Part shown: in pieces, positions 48,172-56,224 of the stretch
How positions within the stretch are numbered: position 1 is the stretch's first letter
How the letters are laid out: each line of letters opens with the position of its first letter
Assembly: GCA_001724265.1 (NCBI GenBank)
Contig: MEDY01000120.1
Coordinates: 62,001 to 118,224, forward strand
From: Rhizaria sp. SCN 62-66
Taxonomy: Eukaryota
Direction: 5' to 3'
DNA: 56,224 nt
The notes under the pieces: generated by a model
Databases searched by the model: none
What the model was told of the DNA's origin: nothing
The model's input: only the letters and a program-made list of their open reading frames with translations
Position numbers and translations under genes: made by a program

Positions 48172-48661
48172 ATGTATTGTCATGCAGATCCATGTCCGTA
48201 CCCGGTGCCGTCCCCATTCGCACCGGCCCCGGCGCTGGTGCCCGCCCACTGGGCCGCGGCCCCGCCCTACGCCCCCCTGCGCGTCGCCGTCTGGTTTGCG
48301 AAAAAGAAGTACGACGAGTTCGTCCACAAGGGCGCCTTTGCCGAGACCGAGATGATGAAGCACAGCGAGCTCTTCTACCACCCTGACCTGCTCTCACATC
48401 TCCCGACCCTCCCGGCCCTTCCGGCCCTTCCGGCCCTTCAGTCGCTGGTGCTGGCGCAGGCGCAGCAGTCCTCTAGCTCTGGCTCTAGCTCTAGCTCTAG
48501 CTCTAGCCCTAGCTCTGGTTCTGGCTTGTCTGACCCCAGCACTGCTGCTGGCGATGGCGATAGCGCCAACTTTGCAGTTACTGGCTCTGCTGCGTTCCCG
48601 AGCGCTCCCGTCTCGTATCATTACCTCTCCTTCCCTCCCCTAGCTCAGTCACACAGCAGCT

Positions 48662-48696
<35 letters not shown>

Positions 48697-51600
48697 GACA
48701 GCGGCAACGGCAGCGGCAGCAGCAGCAGCACCAGCAGCAGTGCGTCGAACGCCGCCGACGCTGAGACAAGGTCCGGCGACAGCGCCGCCGCCGGCTACAA
48801 CGGCGCCACCGCTGGCTACGACGGCACAACATTTTTGCGCGCCTCGCTGCAGCCCCCAGTGCCTGCCCTGCCTCCGTGCGTCGTCGCCGCTGCCGCGGCC
48901 ACTGCCCCCGCCACGGCAGCAGCGACAGCGACAGCGGCAGCATCACAGTCTCAGTTGCAGTCGCAGGCACCGCAGTTGCAGCCTCGGCCGTCGTCGCAGT
49001 CGTCGCGGTCGCCGTCGTTGTCATCGCCGTCGCCGTCGCTGGTGCTTGTGCCGTCTCCGCACGTCGTGATCATGAAACACACCGAAGTTCTGGTGGGCGC
49101 GCTCTTTTTTCAGCACAAGGGCAGTCTCGACTCGTTCGCTGCGTTTGTGCACTACTTGAACAGCATCACCGGCACAAGTACCGCCAGAGATTGCGGCAGC
49201 AGCAACAGCCTGAGCCACAGCCCGGCTGCGACTCCAAAGGTGAACACAAAGGCTGAGGCTGAGACGAAGACTGCTGCATTCTTAAGCCAGCAGATCCCCG
49301 CTGCTGCGCCTGCGTCGGCCGCCGTCACTGCGGCCACCGCCGCCGCCGTTGCCGCCGTCGAGGCCGAGTCTGCCCTGGCTTCTGCTCTGCTGCTGCCGCC
49401 GCTGCCGCACTACCTGCCCCGCTCCGCCTGCGCCCAGTCACCTGATGGCCAACTATGCCCACGGTCACTCTGCTCACAGTCTCTCGCCGAGACTGTCTCA
49501 GCAGAGCCCGCGTCGCCAGAGGAGACTCTGGCCCACTCGGAGACTATGGCCCACGGGGAGACTGTGGTTCACGCGGAGACTGTGTCCCACGCCCGGTCGC
49601 TGTGGGGGGCGGCGCTGGCGCGCTCGCGGCCGCCGCCGGCGCTGGTGCTGGAGCCGGTCCGCGCCGTGCTTGCGCTCGCGACGCGGCCCTCGATGCGCGC
49701 CATCCTCTCTCCGCACACAGAGACCGACGCGGAGGCGGAGGCGGAGGCTGAGGCTGAGCCAGAGGTTGCCTCTGAGATCAAGACGGAGTCGAAGAGTGCT
49801 GAGGCGAATACAGAGACCGCGACCGCGATTGCGAATGAGGCGAGGGTGAAGGCTGCAGCTGCCGCCAGGGCCAAAGCCGCCGCGGACGCCGCCGCTGAGG
49901 TGGCGGGCACTGTGCGCCTCACGTTGCCGCCTCTACCCCACCATGACGCCACCTCTGCTGTCACTGTTGACGACTGCGCCGGTGGTTGCGCTGAGACGGC
50001 GGCGGCGGGGGGCTTCGACGCCGAGACCGCAACCGTGGCCGACTGGAACGCCGAGGCGCGGCGGCGGGCGCGGCTGCTGAGCTACGACCCCATCGCATCA
50101 CAGAGCAATAACGCTGACCAAGATAGTGTGACCGCGAGTGGTTGCTACAGCTGCGGCTGCAGCTCTTCGACGACTGGCTCTGGCGCTAACAGTTGCCCTG
50201 GTAGCAGCCATGCAAGCTGCGGCAGCAGCGAGGACGACAGCGGGCTGCTACCGGTCTCGACCCCGAGCTCCGCAGTTCTCTTCATCCCCCCGAAGGGCTT
50301 CGTTTACAACGCAAACATTGCATGCGATGTCGACGCGAGCAACAATAACGTTGCTGCTCACAGTCACCCCGCCGCGACTGCCCACGGTCACCCCGCCGCC
50401 CTCGGTCCCTGCCCGCCCGTGTTGGCCGCGCACGGCCATCACGCGCACCCGCTGCGGCCACTGTTCGGCCTCGATGCACTGCTGCGCCACAGCGTGCTCG
50501 CCGCGGGCCCTGTCATCGTCAAGTGCATCGTCGCCTCGGGCACCGTCGACTCGCACACCATGCTGCTACTGCGCTCGCCCGTCGTGTACACGAACGCGCG
50601 CACTGGCCAGCGCTTGGGCCCCGCGAGCGGCGCCGCGAGCGACTCGGTGACCGCGAGTCCACACCCCGCGCTGCTGCGGCTGCCCTCCGGCGCCTACTGG
50701 GTCGAGGCCTACCTGCCCCACCACGGGTCCCTCTTCAAGGTCTACGCGGCCGACTCAGACGTGTTGGTTCGCCACCGCGGCTCCGTCACGGAGCCGTGGA
50801 ACCGCGCGGGCGGCTTGCATTCGGACGCAGAGGGCGGCTTGACTTCTGGCGACGACTGTGAGGATGCGTGGATCTTTAACTCGCAAGACATGCACTTGCA
50901 CAAGGCGTCCTACTCCAGTGCGCGTGCGGCGCACAGTGACGACGGCTCTGGCACTGCCACAGGATGCGGCGTGTCTATGCCCAGTGGCGCCGTCTCCTTC
51001 GGCGGCCCCAGCGACTTCAGGCTCACGCCCTTCGTCCCCAACCCCGCGCACTGGGCGCACTTCGCTCACACTCAAAGCCCGGACAGCAATCGCGATGAGA
51101 CCGAGGCCGACACGGACGCCGAGGCCGATGCGCGGGCCGAGGCCGAGGCCCGGTTCGTGCGCGCCCTCCTGCGGACGCCGCTTGCGCGAAACGTCTTGGC
51201 CGCCTCCGAAGCCATCCTCTCTCAGCCTCAGCCCCAGCCCCAGTCAAGCTCACAATCAGAGGCGCCGCGCATCGCCCGTGCGCTGCCGTTTCCCCCCGGC
51301 GCGGCGTGGGATCGCTACCGGCGCCCGCCGCTGCTGCCGACGCCGGCCACAGCGGCGCGCTTTGCTGTGGAGGCGGCGTGGAGTCTAACCGCCGGGTACA
51401 GAGCCTTCTTTAAGAGCAGGAAGGCCAAGCGCGCCACGCTCGTTGACAAGGACTCCCACAGCAACAGCAACAGCAACAGCAGCAGCAGCAGCGGCGGCAG
51501 CAGCAGCAGCAGCAGCGACATCAGCGGCGACAGAATCGGCGGCCACGGTAGTAGTCATTCCACTACGACTACGACTGCGCCTGCGCCTCCTGCGCACGCG

Positions 51601-53751
51601 CGCGCGCTGCGGCCGCCATGCCCGCGCTGTCTGGCGCTGGTGACGCGCACCGTGCGCGCGCTGGCCCCGCGCCTGTGCCGCCGCAGCGGGCTGCACCTGC
51701 TGGGCTTCGACCTCGTCCGCTGCGCGCGCACCGGCGGCCTGACGCTCGTTGACCTGAACCACCTGCCGACGTTCGACGGCATGCCCGGCTTCCCCGCGGT
51801 GCTGGCCGCGACCGTGCTGCGCGCCTGGCACGAACACTGGACCGCGTGGCACAACCGCACCGTCTGCGCCACTGTCGCCATCCTGCTGCAGCAGCAACAA
51901 CAGCAACAGCAGCAACAGCAACAACTCGCTGTATGTCGCTTCAGTGCGTCTAAGGGGGTGCTTACCTGCGCAGCTCCAGTGCCGCACCCGCTTGCGCTTG
52001 CTCCTGCGGCGACCCGCAGCGGTCTGGCGGCGGCCGCGGCCGCGCTGCCGGCCTGGGTGACAGTGCTGGGCTACGGCTCGCTGCTGTCACCGGTCTCCAC
52101 ACGCGTCACGTGCCCCAACCTCAGGGGCTTTTCGGCCGCGCTGCTGCCCCCAACGGCCTACGCCGACACACCGCGCGACAGGAGCAGAAACGACGCTGAT
52201 GTGACACCATGCCCGCAGTCGCATTCGCAGTCCTCTGACTGGCTGATGACGTACGACCGCGTGTTCTCGCTGATCGCGATGTCCATCATCCGGTCCCGCA
52301 ACAAGGAGTTCACCGGTCGCCTCGCGCTGCTGTCCCCGTTGCCCGCGCGGGCGACGGCCGACTTGGTGCAACCGCAGCCGCTGCAGAGCGCCGCACAGCC
52401 GCAGACTGCCCCCGCCTCGACTGCGGCAACAGCGGCAACAGCTGCGCCAGCAGCGCCAGCAGTAGCAGCAGCAGCAGCGGCGGCAACTCTGCCGGCGGCA
52501 ACTGCGGCTTCGGTGACCGAGACGCCTTCGTGGTGGTGCAACGACTGGGACGACCGCAACATCGCCGCCGTGGGCGTCGCGCCGCGGCTATACAGGCGCA
52601 ACCACACTTGCTGTCACGGTTCGCTGAGCGACTCGCAGCTCCAGCACAGTGTGCTGGTGTCTGCATTCCAGCTTTCCCGCGAGGACTTCGTGGCGTACCT
52701 CAGGCGCGAGCAGCGGTACGAGTTCACCACGGCCACGGCCACGCTTGTCGACGCGACGGTGCTGCGCCAGTTCAGCGCGGGCGCGCCGCTGACCGCGCTG
52801 TCCCCACAGCAGTCGCCGTCGCAGTCAGAGGCACAGTTTGCGGCGCCGGTGCAGACAGCGGACGAATGTGAGGCCGCCGCGGCCGCTGCGGCGACATCGG
52901 AGACAGAGAGCGGTGTGAGCTTTGCTGACAAGAGCCTTGCCGACGTGCTTGCTGCGACAACGCTGCCGCAGCGCGTCATGCGCGTTGCTGCGGCCGTCGC
53001 TGCCGCCAACGCCGCCAACAGCTGCTACACGAACGCTCAGAGTCTGCGCTCGCAGGCTTATTGCCCAGTAACCGTGACTGGCGTGATCTGCGTCGGCTCG
53101 ACCGAGCTGCGGTACTGGACCGAAAAAATGGCGAGCGCCGTGCACCACTTCGACTCAGTGAGTCGCGACATCGCCGCGCCGCTGTGGCAGTGGGGCTCGG
53201 AGAGCGACCGGGCCTCTGGGCTGCTCGACACCACCGCACCTACGACGACAGAAACAACGGGAATGATAGGCACGACTGGCACGAACGCCAAGGACGGCAG
53301 TGGCAACATCGTCAGCGCGACTGCGAGTACGGCCGACAGCTGCCAGTGCCGGTGCGGCAGCGGCTGCCGCTGCAACTTCAGCGGCCACTGCCACCCCCGC
53401 CAGACACTGTCGTCGACCGAGCTTCGACCCGGCAAGCGGTACTTGCAGTTCTGCCTCCGGGCCTCGTACGAGCTCGCCGGTCGGTGGGGCTTCGCCAACT
53501 TCCTCCACACGACGAGGCTTGCAGACGGGCGCGCGGTGCCGCCGCCGCCGCTGCCGCTGCCGCTGCCGCCGCTGTCTGATGAGGTTGCGGCTCCTGTGAC
53601 CGCGACTGCGACTGAGACTGATGCTGGGTCGGAGACACTTGTGGAGGCGGGATACTGCGGCGCGACGACGCTGGCGCAGTACATCGCGGAAGGCCGGGAG
53701 GGCGACTACGGGCTTAAGGCGGTCAAGGCGCTGCGGTTTAAGTACATGTGA
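48172..53751 (+). CDS. Inositol-trisphosphate 5/6-kinase (ITPK1-type ATP-grasp) fused to a gamma-glutamylcyclotransferase-like domain
   Basis: ITPK motifs in order: PVIVK..VASG..DSH.M, H.G.LFKVY, R.S, GL.LLGFD, VDLNHLP.F.GMP. C-terminal VLGYGSLLS, YDRVF, RE..Y, YL..C, FL.TT.LADG and TTL..Y. Single 1,859-aa ORF. Stop TGA. Confidence 0.8.
48471..48515 (+). repeat. Imperfect (TCTAGC)n hexamer microsatellite encoding poly-Ser
   Basis: Directly visible tandem TCTAGC units within the ITPK ORF. Confidence 0.8.
49522..49593 (+). repeat. Four imperfect 18-bp in-frame tandem units (ETxxHx)
   Basis: GAGACTnnnnnnCACnnn x4, encoding ETLAHS-ETMAHG-ETVVHA-ETVSHA. Confidence 0.85.
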
Positions 53752-54191
53752 TTAACTGTGGAGAGAGCAAGATATGAGTTTTGGAGCTTACTAGTTAAGC
53801 GACATTAAAATACATATTTTATATAACATGAATAAAACATGATTTTAAAGACCTTGAAAACACGTTAAGCAAAGTTGACATGCTTGATGCAAGAATTCGC
53901 TGATCTGATACAAAAATTTGAGATCAAGATTCGTATAAATACGAGAGGACCACACCAATACATTGCTCCAGTTTAGCTCTAAGAGTATTTTTATTAGGCA
54001 CATTTGCTTGAGAATTGAGATTATATTCATATCTGCTGCAGTCAGGCACTTCTTCAACATGGCGTCCGCAGCTTGGCGTGGGCGATGGGAGGGGGACTTT
54101 CTGTCAAGCTTATCGATCGCTATACGCTTTCCCCAGATACACAGGTTATGTGTTATAATACCTTATGAAGTGTTGTATGTTCTAGTATAAT

Positions 54192-56224
54192 ATGTTTATC
54201 TACAAGAACAATGATTTATCCACAATAGACTCACTCAAGCTGATCGATCGCGATACGCTTTCCTTCTTTCATTCCCCAGGTTTGAACACCATTTCTCTTC
54301 AACAGAGCTCACCATGTAACACGAACTTCAGCTCGCGGAGGGATCGCGAGCTTCTCCGAGTTCACACAGCGATTAGTCGCATTGCAGCTTTGGACACGGA
54401 CCTGGCCGCACTCATTGAGCTCGATGAGGCGTATTGTGACAAGTCGCTCTTCGCAGTGCTCTGCGAGAGCGGGATCGTTCCGTTGCTTCTACGGTCCCTC
54501 GTGCTTCCCAGCAACTCAAGTAGCGTCGATAATAGCGCGGTTACTGCCCGAATTTTTACCCTTGTAGCCATGTTCAAAGCTATGCTCCGTCATGATGGTG
54601 GCCTAGAGCTTCTACGTGACTCCCGTGCTTTAGAGAGCCTGATTGCTGTGATACCACATCTCCAGACCGACCGCGAGCTGGCTCGTCTGATCGAGGTTGC
54701 AACCTCTCTTTCAATTAATTCGACCATCCCAACGCCCACCAGGCTTGCTGTGCTGGCGCAGGTGCAGGCGCATATGCGCGCTAAAGAGCAACGAGAACGC
54801 CAGTCTCCACAGCAGACGAGGACGGAAGAACAGTACGAAGAAGATGACTACTATTACTACTCTCTGAGTGGATTGATCAATGATATTCTTTCTCCAAGTA
54901 AGGAAATAATCTACACTTCTGATGCGCCCCGCATTTTGTACGCGAACGTCTCGACGCTTGTCCCGCTGCTGCGCAGTGTGATTCGGCGTCATGTACTCGC
55001 CAGTAAGTCTCCTCGACTATAGTTCGAACACGTCCCTATATATGACGCATTGTGCAGCGTGTACAAATGCGGCTACATCGCTGGCAGCAACGATGATGGC
55101 AGTGGTCAATCCGACAACAGCAGCGGAAATAGCAACGTCCCAATAGACGAACAATGCCGACGTGACTTTGCTGACTTTGTGGCTTGTGAGGATTTTGAGC
55201 CCCTGCTGCTGTCCGATCTGACTGACTGGTCGTATCTCCATACTATGTGCGAATATCTGCCTTTGTTTGACGACGAAATCTTTACACGCGTATTTACAAA
55301 ACAGCGTATTGAGAGCATTATTACGGATTTTGAAACGACGCAATTTCCTTCGACTGGTCATCTGTCGACGTTTATGAAAATTTCTGCGCAATTGGCCATC
55401 CGATCCCCGATGTTTGCGCAGCGAATCTCCTTTGTAACATGCTTTGGGGAAATTCGGAAGTTATATGATGAAATGTTTAGCCTCCACGACTATATAAATC
55501 ATTGGGAAATGCTCAATAATACTGCCACTGTGTTGGATAGACATTTGCGCGCTGCCTCTGATGTGACGCTCACAGCGCAGCAGCTGCTGGAGAGTAACGT
55601 CGTGCCGCTTTGCTGCACATTATTGCGACATTTTGTTTTGGCAAGGTGGGAGCTAGTAGAGCAGACATCCCATCCGAGCTTCATACCTATCGCGCTTCTT
55701 CTGCGCGTGCTGCGCGTGATGATGAATACCCGTGACACTTCACCTGACTTTGCACTGCTTGACCGCGAGGGTGAGCCGCGGAATCCCTTCGTAACACAGT
55801 TTGTCCGAAACCATGGAGTGCGATTGCTGGAGACGCTGCGCGGTGGGGACGACTGTTCAAACATTGCTGGAGGTTGCGAGGTGCTGCAGGAGCTTTTGCA
55901 AATGCACACGTTGCTTGTGGGTATGGCCATAATCCCGCCTGGCACAGCCGCAACAAGGTCGCCTGACGCACCAACTCTGCAGAAAAACTGGCAAAAGACA
56001 TTTGACGCGCACATTGCCAGCGTCTTAAAGAAGAGCGGCTACCCACAGCGAGTCAAGTCCGGCCGCCGCACCGCCGCATCATCATCCATCGGACCCCCGC
56101 CCGTTGCTGCGCCCAAACCGGGAGCAAACACAACATGCGCACAGTCAGCCGCTGTGCGCACGCAGAGAATTAACGCGCCAGGTGAGCTGTCTGCTGCTAC
56201 TCTGACTTTGATGCAGAAAATGGC
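54192..56224 (+). CDS. Partial hypothetical helical-repeat (ARM/HEAT-like) protein; in-frame TAG at 55020-55022; 5' end uncertain, 3' end outside window
   Basis: The frame of ORF 54192-55022 continues after the TAG for about 400 stop-free codons to the window end (FEHVPIYDAL...LMQKM). ARM-like phrases occur on both sides (LCESGIVPLLLRSL; LLESNVVPLCCTLL). The true start and any 5' introns are unresolved. Confidence 0.65.

Noticed and set aside
54104-54265. Imperfect ~28-bp direct repeat (TCAAGCT.ATCGATCGC.ATACGCTTTCC) near 54104 and 54235
   Set aside because: Only two copies, with no array or element structure. Probably a small local duplication.
55003-55022. 20-nt intron using the GTAAGT donor to remove the TAG
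   Set aside because: It would shift the frame into a TGA seven codons later and discard the 400-codon open frame.
3133-55022. Pyrrolysine or selenocysteine insertion
   Set aside because: Sec uses UGA. Pyl is not known in eukaryotes, no pyl genes are present, and the sites are not catalytic positions.

Overview
Eukaryotic (protist-like) nuclear DNA with GC-rich exons, AT-richer spacers and short spliceosomal introns. I model 14 protein-coding genes: HIBADH, a THOC7-like gene, a ~2,080-aa MORN-repeat protein, a ~3,260-aa low-complexity protein, a Ubc7/UBE2G-type E2, a ZIP11/GufA transporter, a rhodanese + Cys/His/Cys carbonic-anhydrase-like fusion, a FYVE/C2-like membrane protein, a large secreted protein, GET4, a small single-TM protein, a divergent actin-related protein, an ITPK1 + GGCT-like fusion, and a partial helical-repeat-like gene. 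The main signal is a probable non-standard nuclear genetic code. Four in-frame TAG codons (3133, 4955, 6632, 55020) interrupt otherwise intact frames in three unrelated genes, two of them inside recognisable domains. All 13 complete genes end in TAA (6) or TGA (7), none in TAG. This suggests UAG is a rare sense codon; Leu fits best, but Gln or Tyr are not excluded. All 13 modelled introns start with GTAC. No RNA genes, mobile elements or CRISPR arrays were recognised. All family assignments are by-eye motif recognition, not database searches.
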